37,741 nt of DNA from the IMG/VR virus record IMGVR_UViG_3300027819_000034, positions 1 to 37,741 of that record, one strand, 5' to 3'. The first letter of the stretch is position 1; every line of letters begins with the position of its first letter. Positions 15,581 to 24,594 of the stretch are shown here, in pieces. Source of the stretch: a virus. Its lineage: Duplodnaviria; Caudoviricetes. Under the pieces are notes generated by a model. The model did no database searches. It worked only from the letters and a program-made list of their open reading frames with translations, and had not been told where the DNA came from. A program made the position numbers and the translations under genes.

Positions 15581-16170
15581 TAGTAGAGTTTATATGTTAT
15601 TAGAATCCCATAAAGATTGACTGTCCCACCATTGATAGTATCTGCCGCATCAGCTCCAAGACGAGTAAACTTTATTCCCCATAAGTTGCCTTTCTTTAAT
15701 TTAGGAAGTGAAACACCCGTAGATAAACCAATGTCTGTAAATTTCAAATCATTCGCTGTTGCATCTGCGGCTGTAGTGATTGCTGTGCCGCCTGTGGTAC
15801 GAACATTGTTTTGCTCTGACGCTCCTCCTTCGCCTATATCAACTTGCCAACGGAGATTACCTGCCGCGGAGGCTGACCAGATAAACTCCATCTTCGCAAG
15901 TATTAAATCTTGATGCGGAACAAAAGCAAAGTATGCTTCATTCGTCGCTGCGTCGGCAAACTGGATACAAGGGGTGTTATTTAACAACGTACTAGTACCT
16001 TCGTTCGCTGCTGCCGTCTCAAGGGGAACCAATAAAGTAAGGAGTGTTCTGTTGACTGATTGCTGGATCGCTCGCATTGAATTGAAATCAAGAGGATAGT
16101 TTAATTGCTGTGCCTCTAAAGCCACGATCTTTGCTTCGAGTTCGGCAATTCTTGATTCAATTTCTGGCAT
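15580..16170 (-). CDS. Putative tail needle/short fibre protein
   Basis: N-terminal coiled coil RIAELEAKIVALEA, then a beta domain. Confidence 0.5.
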   Translation of the reverse strand: MPEIESRIAELEAKIVALEAQQLNYPLDFNSMRAIQQSVNRTLLTLLVPLETAAANEGTSTLLNNTPCIQFADAATNEAYFAFVPHQDLILAKMEFIWSASAAGNLRWQVDIGEGGASEQNNVRTTGGTAITTAADATANDLKFTDIGLSTGVSLPKLKKGNLWGIKFTRLGADAADTINGGTVNLYGILITYKLY

Positions 16171-16171
16171 A

Positions 16172-16624
16172 TCAATATCCGATAAATTCAGTGACCATAA
16201 GTGACGTTGAAGTAGCTGCGGTGCTTGATGCTAGACCATCATTAGCTGACAATATAACTTCCACTTGACCAGTATAGAGAGGATTATTATCGAGTTTTAA
16301 ACAATCACGCCCTAAAATTACATGCGATGCACTTGTAGTTGCTTGAACTGTTGTCGCGCTAAAGACGATATACGCATCCGCGAGTCTATTTGTATTACAG
16401 ATTATTCCACCTCCACGATTACCACGTTGCGCCATAGCGGTTACTGAAGATTGACGACCGACTGCGATCACTGACGTTGAAGCGGTATTATATGACGGCA
16501 CTTGCGGAACGCCACCAAATTGTTTTGGCGCGCGTTGTAGCATGACGAATGCACCAAGTACAAAGGATACTCCAATTGCAACTGCAATCGCGAGGATACC
16601 TATTGTTTTTATTTCTTCTTTCAT
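16172..16624 (-). CDS. Virion-module protein with N-terminal TM segment, 150 aa
   Basis: IGILAIAVAIGVSFVLGAFVML followed by APKQFGG. Confidence 0.7.
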   Translation of the reverse strand: MKEEIKTIGILAIAVAIGVSFVLGAFVMLQRAPKQFGGVPQVPSYNTASTSVIAVGRQSSVTAMAQRGNRGGGIICNTNRLADAYIVFSATTVQATTSASHVILGRDCLKLDNNPLYTGQVEVILSANDGLASSTAATSTSLMVTEFIGY

Positions 16625-16649
16625 TGTTTTAATTAGTTATTTTTTAATT

Positions 16650-16700
16650 CTAGCGTCCCTTATCCTATGCCCCGATTGAGGCATAGAAAAGGAACACTAG
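16650..16700 (-). terminator. Long hairpin after the capsid gene block (stabiliser, processing site or terminator)
   Basis: About 22-bp imperfect inverted repeat; mismatches become G-U pairs on the minus strand; no U-tract. Confidence 0.6.
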
Positions 16701-17347
16701 TCTGCATTCTCAAATCCTTCAAACAATACTTTCATATCAGTTGAAGTTGCCTGTCTAATGAACTCAAACCGTCCTACTTGTCCTGCTAGTAAATGTACTG
16801 AAGCGGCAGTAGTCGTAGCTTGATGCTCCATTATATCCATTCCAGTACCTGCGTTAATTTTGATAACGTTTGTACCAGAATTATTAACCAAGCTCCAATA
16901 AGCACGTTCGCCTGCTGTTGATACGAACGTTGTTAATGTAGATGTCGCTGGCAATGTAATCGTCAGCAAAGAACCATCTACTCCTGCTTTTGTGATAAAA
17001 GCAGTATCAAAACTTGCTAAATCAGCTTGAGTTAATGTCCAAGCAGCGGCAGTAACTTCAGTTGTCGTCGCGGTTACACTGTTGGTCACCTTACCATTGA
17101 GCGTAACTGCTCCTGTTACTGCGAGAGTTGAGCCAATAGTTCCTGCGCCCGTAATGGTCAATGTAGTACCTCGTACTTCTCCAGCAACTGGAGATGTACT
17201 ATCGGTGCTTAACCCATTCGGGAAACGAGTACCTGTTGCTCCTAACTGCGGTTGCGGTTGGTTATTGCCACCAACCATAGCCACGACCAAGAGCGCAACC
17301 GCAAGGGCTACAACTCCTGAAATCAAATATACTTTTATGTCTTTCAT
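16697..17347 (-). CDS. Virion-module protein with N-terminal TM segment, 216 aa
   Basis: Directly after the capsid gene; hydrophobic N-terminus, then QPQPQLGA. Confidence 0.75.
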   Translation of the reverse strand: MKDIKVYLISGVVALAVALLVVAMVGGNNQPQPQLGATGTRFPNGLSTDSTSPVAGEVRGTTLTITGAGTIGSTLAVTGAVTLNGKVTNSVTATTTEVTAAAWTLTQADLASFDTAFITKAGVDGSLLTITLPATSTLTTFVSTAGERAYWSLVNNSGTNVIKINAGTGMDIMEHQATTTAASVHLLAGQVGRFEFIRQATSTDMKVLFEGFENAD

Positions 17348-17372
17348 GGTGATTGGGGTTAGTTGGTAATAA

Positions 17373-18335
17373 CTAGGCAGTACCGTTCGATCCTACATAT
17401 CCTGCGAATGTTTCTGGGAAGTGCATTTCCAAGAAACGACCACGATAGAGATAGGAATCATTGTCGGTATTTTCCGGTGGAATCAACGAAGTATACAAAT
17501 CACGAAATACTTTACGGCTAATCGAGTGGCTCGATGAGAGCACATGATACGACGTATTCGCGTTCGAGTTTGTATTATACGTTGAACCTAAGAAAATCGA
17601 GGCGTTAATTTGCACTGTGCCATACACAGTATCAAAGAAATTCACTTGATTTTCACCAGAAAATGGTACGAGTTGGGAGTCCATAGTTTCCTTTGCAGTC
17701 TTATAAAGAATGAAAGGAAGTAAGATACCCTCAAACACATACGATCCTGCTTCGCCATCTTGCGCTTTTTGATTCGCAAGTGACTGCACAACCGTCCAAA
17801 GATTATCTGCGTTCAATGCGCCAGTTTCCAAGTTATCTACAGTGACATTTTTCAATGTCGTGTGCGAGTTGGAAGCCAAGGCATCGCCGTCTGGAGTTGT
17901 GTTAATTGATCCTGCAAAAGCATCTCCGTATGTATTTAGGATAGCTTTTTTATCTTGCGTCAAACGGGCACGATCACCCATTTGTATGCCAATTTTGGCA
18001 CGTTTTCCTACTGCATCGGCACGAAATGCCTCATCAGAAACTGGAACTTGCTTTGTCCATTTCTGCATCCTTTTGTTCTTGGTGTTTCCAAGAATAGTAT
18101 CCGTATTCGCTATTTCTTCTTGCTCATCTGTCTCGTTGAAGCCGCCAACATTGGAATCTTCATCCCAAGTATATCCAAGTAATTCTGACGTGGATTGCTT
18201 GAAGAAGAACTCATCGCGTGCTGAAAGGTATCCCGGCTGTGCAGCGCGCTGATATTTTTCCCATGCGACACCATCAATTTCTGTTTGGCAGGAATCTGGA
18301 GAAAGAGCAAAGGTTAATCCTCCTGATGGATTCAT
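17373..18335 (-). CDS. Major capsid protein
   Basis: 320 aa; position after scaffold; PDG.AL.S.SH motif as in Mu gpT-like capsid proteins. Confidence 0.8.
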   Translation of the reverse strand: MNPSGGLTFALSPDSCQTEIDGVAWEKYQRAAQPGYLSARDEFFFKQSTSELLGYTWDEDSNVGGFNETDEQEEIANTDTILGNTKNKRMQKWTKQVPVSDEAFRADAVGKRAKIGIQMGDRARLTQDKKAILNTYGDAFAGSINTTPDGDALASNSHTTLKNVTVDNLETGALNADNLWTVVQSLANQKAQDGEAGSYVFEGILLPFILYKTAKETMDSQLVPFSGENQVNFFDTVYGTVQINASIFLGSTYNTNSNANTSYHVLSSSHSISRKVFRDLYTSLIPPENTDNDSYLYRGRFLEMHFPETFAGYVGSNGTA

Positions 18336-18374
18336 ATATTTGCTTTAAAGTTACTTTATAATTTCTACTCAACT

Positions 18375-18899
18375 TTAGGACACATCTAATCTATATGCTC
18401 TGGCATCTACAACAACATCCAATGTCTGCAAAGCGGTGTTGCCACCAACTAATTGAAGACCGGATGTATCTGCAGAACCTGCTTCTTTGATGGTGTAAAG
18501 CTGTCCACCATCAGAAGCACCAGTGGCGCTATAGTCAATCAACACTACGTCCATAATGAGTAATGCTAATTCTGTAAGCGTGTCCACACTTGCTGCTGTT
18601 TCTGCTTTTCCACGGATACGACCAACACAAGGAACTGGGCAAGCGGCATTCAAGAACTGTTCCGCGACTGTACCAGCCGCTACGTTCGTTGAATCTTCGT
18701 TTGCCACTCCCATGAAGGAATGCGTACCGATTACTGGCGTATCTGCTGCGGCCAATACTGCTGTATTTGCCGTTGCTATACCGTTAGTAAATGTTGCTAC
18801 TGAATGAATTGGTTCACCTGTCACAATAGCTGTTCCACCAGCTACTAGGTAGCGGGGAAAGATTGCAGCAGGACCAATGACACTTAAATCTGCTCTCAT
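18375..18899 (-). CDS. Putative capsid decoration/cement protein
   Basis: 174 aa, Ala/Gly/Thr/Val-rich, between scaffold and capsid genes. Confidence 0.6.
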   Translation of the reverse strand: MRADLSVIGPAAIFPRYLVAGGTAIVTGEPIHSVATFTNGIATANTAVLAAADTPVIGTHSFMGVANEDSTNVAAGTVAEQFLNAACPVPCVGRIRGKAETAASVDTLTELALLIMDVVLIDYSATGASDGGQLYTIKEAGSADTSGLQLVGGNTALQTLDVVVDARAYRLDVS

Positions 18900-18908
18900 T
18901 TTTTTAAT

Positions 18909-19000
18909 AGGAAAATCCCATCACTAATCGTGATTTTCTTTTCCTGAATTACGTTGATCTGATGACGAGTCAGATCGTTGCCCTTATGGGCGTTGTAATT
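18909..19000 (-). promoter_or_regulatory. Structured leader: three-way junction with three AAC linkers plus a hairpin
   Basis: Perfect stems 18947-52/18995-19000, 18956-62/18970-76 and 18980-83/18988-91; further stem 18909-15/18939-45. Confidence 0.7.
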
Positions 19001-19001
19001 T

Positions 19002-19709
19002 TTAGATTATCCGCGTCTGTTTCGTTTTAGGGTCTTTAGCTAAAGTTTTACCGTTAGGCATTTTCTTTTTCCAAAGACGATCCTTGCCATCATAGACAAA
19101 TCCTGCTCGCTTATAAGATTCGGCATCAGCCGATGACATCTTGGGCGCAGAGCCGGGCTGTCCATCACGAAAAGTCGTTGCAGTTTCTTTAGAGGCAGTT
19201 TCTTTGCTACGAAGCGCGCGAGCAAGTTCAGAATTTTGAGACAACAACCTTTTACGATTAGCGATTGCATAGGCTTCTTCTCCGATCTCTTTCAAGGTCA
19301 AAGATTCTGGCCATTGACGATTATTGATAATCGCTACAATCAACTTCGCTTCCGCATCAGATGACGCTAATCCGCTTGCGATCTCTACGATACGCTCGGA
19401 ATAGGTCTCTTTACGGATTTGTTGTGTCTTTTGAGCAAGAATTGCATCAAGGTCTTTTCGAGTGATAGGTTTGTCCTCATCATCTACTTCGCCCTCAATT
19501 GGTTCTTCCTCTTTCTTCTCGTGGCGCTTCTTGTAAGCTTCCGCGGCTTTTTTAAGGTCTGGAGCCCGCTTGTTTTCTGCTTCTAATTCCGCATCATAAT
19601 CTATCTTTTCTTCTTTCAAAGGTTCTTCGGCTTCGGATTCCACAGTTTCAGCCGGAGCTTCTACTGGAGTTTCCTCTGCCGGAGTCTCTACTTTCTTTTC
19701 TTCAACCAT
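19002..19709 (-). CDS. Putative scaffolding protein
   Basis: Acidic Glu/Pro-rich N-terminus, helical, between portal and capsid genes. Confidence 0.75.
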   Translation of the reverse strand: MVEEKKVETPAEETPVEAPAETVESEAEEPLKEEKIDYDAELEAENKRAPDLKKAAEAYKKRHEKKEEEPIEGEVDDEDKPITRKDLDAILAQKTQQIRKETYSERIVEIASGLASSDAEAKLIVAIINNRQWPESLTLKEIGEEAYAIANRKRLLSQNSELARALRSKETASKETATTFRDGQPGSAPKMSSADAESYKRAGFVYDGKDRLWKKKMPNGKTLAKDPKTKQTRII

Positions 19710-19917
19710 AATAGGTATCCATTTTAAAGAGTGGTGCTCTTTTAGTTATTTGTTAATAACATCGTTTTTGTTAGGCCCGTCGGCCATCAACTAAAGCCAA
19801 TGTTGTAGGCATCCCTTGCGGGTCAGCTGTGAGAGCAGCTGGGGTGAGGGGAGAAACGCGGTGAGACGTTCCCCGAACCCTCGCGCCAGCAGCTCTCGGC
19901 ACTCCTCACCGAGAGCG
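19710..19917 (-). ncRNA. GC-rich structured RNA or leader upstream of the scaffold gene
   Basis: At least six hairpins in 208 nt, e.g. 19892-19916, CAGCUG/CAGCUG, CCC-GCAA-GGG, GGCC-GACG-GGCC. Confidence 0.6.
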
Positions 19918-20259
19918 CTATATTTCTGCTATCTTCTTAACTTTCGTCTTGATCACATCTGCGAAAAATGAGAGAAGTTTTGCATGTAGCATATCTGATT
20001 CACTTTTTGCTTTCTCAAGATACGATCGTGCGTACCAATTCAATTCATCAAATAATACTTTATAAAGATGAGATTGTTGGAATATACTCGCTTCTTTTTT
20101 CAACAGTTTGATTTGACCTTCAGTAAGTAGGATTCCTTTATGAGTCCATCCTTCTTTAGTCTGTTTCAATACGTCCTCCTCGGTAATCGTATTGAATACA
20201 TCGTTCATGATGAATCGCGCTAATTCCTTTTGAAAGATCAACTGTTCCTCACCGTTCAT
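19918..20259 (-). CDS. Hypothetical protein, 113 aa (head module)
   Basis: ATGA overlap with the upstream gene. Confidence 0.75.
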   Translation of the reverse strand: MNGEEQLIFQKELARFIMNDVFNTITEEDVLKQTKEGWTHKGILLTEGQIKLLKKEASIFQQSHLYKVLFDELNWYARSYLEKAKSESDMLHAKLLSFFADVIKTKVKKIAEI

Positions 20260-20639
20260 TTCTTTTTACTTTTTTTAGGCTTTTCAGCTTCGGCCTTTGC
20301 CAACACCTTCACTGCTTTGACTTCACCTGGAAGCTCTACTCCTAATGGAACTTCGACGAATTTACCGTTTACATTAAAAACAAATTTCACTTCTGGTACT
20401 GCGCGAGCTGCCTTATTTCGAAAATCCCAAAATGACCCGGTGACTACTTTATCATTGCCTTTGGTAATCAATCCGCCTAATTTATCGTATTCAGCCAAAA
20501 GCGCGGCATCATCCCATGTACCATCTGCTTTAATAACGCCACCAATTCGCTCACTCTTGTCATTCATCGTGCCATTAAGTGCACGATCAGCTTTCTCATC
20601 ATTCACGAGATCATAACCTAGTATTTGTGGTAATTTCAT
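20256..20639 (-). CDS. Hypothetical protein, 127 aa, basic C-terminus
   Basis: Own promoter TGTTATAAT at 20687-20695. Confidence 0.75.
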   Translation of the reverse strand: MKLPQILGYDLVNDEKADRALNGTMNDKSERIGGVIKADGTWDDAALLAEYDKLGGLITKGNDKVVTGSFWDFRNKAARAVPEVKFVFNVNGKFVEVPLGVELPGEVKAVKVLAKAEAEKPKKSKKK

Positions 20640-20697
20640 ATTTTTTAATTATTTATGCCGACCTTGTGTAATTTTCGTATACTTTAATTATAACATA

Positions 20698-22632
20698 TTA
20701 CGCACTGACTCCCAACCCTTGCATTCCCATTGCAGTAGCTTTATTCATTGCTTGTGCGCCTGCTGGAGTTTGTGGAGTTTGACCCATCATTTGTTGCTGT
20801 GGCTCTTGCATTATATCCTCTGCGTCTCCGCGCAAGAACGCATGTGCAGTGCGACGGGTAAGAGCTTCTAACGAGATATATGGGTTATTTTGGAATACTT
20901 GTTGAAGATTCATAGCCATTGCCTGCATAAATTCTTGATTTTGCGGGAACATACGCTGTGGTTCAACAATACAAAGATACTTTCTACGGGCAAATAGTTC
21001 GGGATTTACAAGGTATAAATGCTTTTTATTATTCGGATAGCCAGTTTCTTGTAGTAATTCAAGGTTTCTGCGGCGTTTATCCTCATCAGTCATTTCCATA
21101 CCCAATAATGATTCGTCGAATTTAATGACTTTCGAAGCTGATTTACCAGCAACCACTTTCTCATTCAAGATAAATGACCGATATTTCATTTTTGTTTTAC
21201 CTCCTGCCAGCTCCTCAACCTGTGGAACAGTCAAATGTTGAATAGCGCAATCAGCCATTAAATCACCATATTGTACAATAGATTCAGCTAAAGTTTTACC
21301 CACGCCCTCCAGTAAAGTCTTCGCATTACGCTCTGCAATACTTACGGTGGTGGCTTTCTGCTCTCCCTGTGGTAATTGCCCTGCCGTGATGCCAGACACC
21401 GAGGATTCCTCCATAGACCGTTCTGCAGCGTTCATTCCAGCAAACATAGCTCCAATATTTGCTTGCGGAAGTAATGGGGTAACTTTAGTGTCCTTATCTT
21501 GAAACGCTACAACCGAGTTCGGGAATATCACATCAGAGTCAATTTTATCTGATCCTGATACGGCAATCGGCATATTGGTATCTAAAAATATTCGATTCAT
21601 TCCCATTTCATATTGTGCGTCCATTAACATATTGTCCCAATACTGCGCATTCATGAGTGACTTGTAGAAAAAGAAATGCTCACTGATACGCTGATAACCA
21701 AACGGAGTGACGTTATATTTCGGGGCGTTGCGATTATCACGATGACGGATCGGGTTTGCGTCGGGATCGCTATCACCCATGTAAATACCACCTAAAAAGC
21801 AGACTTCAGTATCTTCGCGCCTATTCAAATATGTTGCTTCCTCAACTAAAAATGGATGATCGTCGTCTTTAATGTCATAGAATATCCCATCTGATCCGTT
21901 AAATACACTGCGTACTCCGGGCTGTATGTAGTCCCAGTTCTCATGATCACCATACTTGGCTTGTGCTTCGGTGTAATCAATAAACCGCCGCTTAATAATA
22001 CAGCGTTGCTTTTGAATGTTTTGCTCGTAAGCATTCGATATTAAAATTTGTTCTGCTGAGTATACGGGAGCTTTAAAACCTGATAACACTTCATCTAAAA
22101 TCTCCTTGGTTGTAAAACCTTTTGCGGTTTTCTCCTTAATTTTCTGATACACTTCGGCATATTCTGCACCGAGATAGGTGACTGTATTTACTAACATACC
22201 CATTGAAACTGCAAGAAATGAAGACTTATATTCCGAGTTATAGACCATCCATTCGATAATATCTCGCATGATGTCCGAAAAGTCTCGATCCTCCTCATCG
22301 TTCTCGTTTTGAGCCATGAACATCGGAATTATGTACCCAGCCGTAAGTTGTGCGTGCATTGCGATTGCTTTATTACGGGCTTTAGAACGAGTCCCTTTCC
22401 ACTTCCATGCTTCTGACGGGTCTTCGACATTCTCATCAACGAACGCATTAAATGTCATTTTGTCCCGATTATCACGTTCGGTTACTGATAAATCTCCGAG
22501 TTCCATCCACGGCTTTGTTAGAATTTCTTGTCCATAAGAATAATCTTTTTGAACATAAGACGTGAAATCAGCCACTTCTTTTGAGGGCTGGAAAGTTGAT
22601 ACAGGTGTTTTTGAATAAATATCTCCGATCAA
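20698..22632 (-). CDS. Portal protein (P22-like, large); TTG start
   Basis: 644 aa after the terminase; KATTVSI clip-region motif; Gln/Met/Pro-rich tail. Confidence 0.85.
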   Translation of the reverse strand: MIGDIYSKTPVSTFQPSKEVADFTSYVQKDYSYGQEILTKPWMELGDLSVTERDNRDKMTFNAFVDENVEDPSEAWKWKGTRSKARNKAIAMHAQLTAGYIIPMFMAQNENDEEDRDFSDIMRDIIEWMVYNSEYKSSFLAVSMGMLVNTVTYLGAEYAEVYQKIKEKTAKGFTTKEILDEVLSGFKAPVYSAEQILISNAYEQNIQKQRCIIKRRFIDYTEAQAKYGDHENWDYIQPGVRSVFNGSDGIFYDIKDDDHPFLVEEATYLNRREDTEVCFLGGIYMGDSDPDANPIRHRDNRNAPKYNVTPFGYQRISEHFFFYKSLMNAQYWDNMLMDAQYEMGMNRIFLDTNMPIAVSGSDKIDSDVIFPNSVVAFQDKDTKVTPLLPQANIGAMFAGMNAAERSMEESSVSGITAGQLPQGEQKATTVSIAERNAKTLLEGVGKTLAESIVQYGDLMADCAIQHLTVPQVEELAGGKTKMKYRSFILNEKVVAGKSASKVIKFDESLLGMEMTDEDKRRRNLELLQETGYPNNKKHLYLVNPELFARRKYLCIVEPQRMFPQNQEFMQAMAMNLQQVFQNNPYISLEALTRRTAHAFLRGDAEDIMQEPQQQMMGQTPQTPAGAQAMNKATAMGMQGLGVSA

Positions 22633-22688
22633 AAGTTTATGCTCCGCAGCTCACCCTGTAGATATTATATTTCTAATTATACCATACT

Positions 22689-24251
22689 TTAATCGTCAAT
22701 GTATAATTTTCTACGTTGATTAAATCCAGAATACGAGGGGCGATGGATAGAAACCCCCTTCTTCTCAGACTTAGTATAATTTTTCATTTGAAAAGCAATA
22801 GCAAATGCCATCAATAAATCGAAGTGTGCAGTCATATTTTCGTCAAACTTCGCACGATTCAAATCTTCTTTATCATACCGGCGCATTTCGTTAATTAGTA
22901 GCAAGCTGTTAATTTCGATCAAATCATTATCAATAGCAGTTTTTAGATCATAGAGCATTTTCGGCTTCGTCACCAAATTGGTATCCCAACCCATCTTATC
23001 TTTATCGTCTTTGTAAATACATTGTTCCGGGTATATTTCTTTTAATTTCGTGATTGTAGCCCAGCCATGATTATTACGTTCCGGCGCAATAAGTGCATTC
23101 TCATATTGCTCACACATATTTTTAATCTCATGCGCAAGCATATCCGGGGCAATCATATTATCTTTATAAACAGCAACTACTTTAGGTTTAATAGGGGTAA
23201 AATCCATTATTACACCAGCAGAACTATCCTGACCGACACCTTCAGCTACATCAAATCCAGCTTTATAATCATGGCCAAGGATAGGCTCTTCGAAAATAGC
23301 CCAATTACCTTTTTTAATGCCATCTTTAATTACACATCGGCTAAGAATAGCGTTATCAAACATTTTATTTCCTGCTCCTTCAAGACACTCATAAATCGTT
23401 GTTGGATATTCAGACTTCATCGCGGACCAATCTTTCGTCAATGCAAGCCATTTAAAATAATAATAAGTGATCTCACGATCAGATAATTTATTGCGCATTT
23501 GATAATCTTTGAATAATTCATAGTCTTTATGTGTAAGGAACATTTGAATATCAAGATCAGTGATCTGCGATAATTCTGTATCGTCATATGTCCAATTATA
23601 AAAATGCAATTTCCAATCAGCGGTAGTTCGCGGAGCACCACGTTCAAGACACTCAAGCACCATTTCATAAAGCTTTCCCTCATTTCCTTTCATCGTTGTT
23701 TCAATATCAATACGACCAGATAAGGGAACAGCAGGAATAGAACCTTCAAGTATTTCTTTTGCTTTATCAGGGTATTTTCTACACACCAAATCAAATTCAG
23801 AAATATGCAGACGATTGAATGTACCGGAACGCCCCGATGAGTCTACAGTTAATGCACTCACGGTTTTATCACCAAAATCAAACTTCATCTGCCGAGCTGA
23901 TTCAGTATCAAGTGCATATAATTCTTTGAGCGGATAATTTCTCCATGATAATTCTACTTTATTATTGAAAATATCCTTTGCGGTATCTAAATCTTGAGCG
24001 ATAAAGAGTCCATTAAAGTTACGATTGAAAAGACAATCGTCTAATATATCAATCGCTTCATACGTCGTAAATCCTAACTGCCGAGACTTTACAATCAAAT
24101 TACGATTCGTACGATCCCTTTCAAAAGTTTTTTGAACGCGGTTAGGAGTAAAGGAGATAAGCTCACCTTTTTTATTTCGTATCTTGTAAAAATGGCTAAT
24201 ACGCCAATCCTTACTTTTTAAATTATTTCTTTGCTCCTCCGTTAATATCAT
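22689..24251 (-). CDS. terL: Terminase large subunit
   Basis: KSRQLGFTT Walker A, LHISE Walker B, GFDVAEG...D, ERNNHG and D.LMAFAIA nuclease motifs. Confidence 0.95.
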   Translation of the reverse strand: MILTEEQRNNLKSKDWRISHFYKIRNKKGELISFTPNRVQKTFERDRTNRNLIVKSRQLGFTTYEAIDILDDCLFNRNFNGLFIAQDLDTAKDIFNNKVELSWRNYPLKELYALDTESARQMKFDFGDKTVSALTVDSSGRSGTFNRLHISEFDLVCRKYPDKAKEILEGSIPAVPLSGRIDIETTMKGNEGKLYEMVLECLERGAPRTTADWKLHFYNWTYDDTELSQITDLDIQMFLTHKDYELFKDYQMRNKLSDREITYYYFKWLALTKDWSAMKSEYPTTIYECLEGAGNKMFDNAILSRCVIKDGIKKGNWAIFEEPILGHDYKAGFDVAEGVGQDSSAGVIMDFTPIKPKVVAVYKDNMIAPDMLAHEIKNMCEQYENALIAPERNNHGWATITKLKEIYPEQCIYKDDKDKMGWDTNLVTKPKMLYDLKTAIDNDLIEINSLLLINEMRRYDKEDLNRAKFDENMTAHFDLLMAFAIAFQMKNYTKSEKKGVSIHRPSYSGFNQRRKLYIDD

Positions 24252-24594
24252 CGAGTATTTTGCTGATTGTTATCTCACCAGTTATCTTTGCTTCACTACG
24301 AGTTGAAAATTCATCTTTGCGCTTCCGACTTAGATAATCCATAGCATTTCCGTAGTTTTCGCTCAATTTCTGAACTGCTGTTTGTCTTGCTTTTAATACA
24401 GGTCGATTACGCAAATCGGCTATTCTGTCGGAAAACTTAGGTTCTTTTTTCAAATGATCATAAAAAGCATCTCTAGAAATATCGGCATAACTACATGCTT
24501 CTTCTACGCTTGCATCAATAGCAAAAGCCTGTTCTAGTTTTGCGATAGCCGATTCTGTAATTACTGTGGGTCTTCCTCCTTTATTCTTGGCCAT
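24223..24594 (-). CDS. terS: Terminase small subunit
   Basis: GGRPT followed by an HTH (EACSYADISRDAFY); overlaps the terL start. Confidence 0.85.
   Translation of the reverse strand: MAKNKGGRPTVITESAIAKLEQAFAIDASVEEACSYADISRDAFYDHLKKEPKFSDRIADLRNRPVLKARQTAVQKLSENYGNAMDYLSRKRKDEFSTRSEAKITGEITISKILDDINGGAKK

Noticed and set aside
18360-18369. AATTTCTACT resembling a Cas12a repeat; also AATCTACTC twice at 37443 and 37459
   Set aside because: No paired GTAGAT arm, no spacer periodicity, no cas genes.
18959-18975. CTGATGA as a hammerhead ribozyme core
   Set aside because: On the non-transcribed strand, no correctly placed GAAA, and already part of the three-way junction stem.
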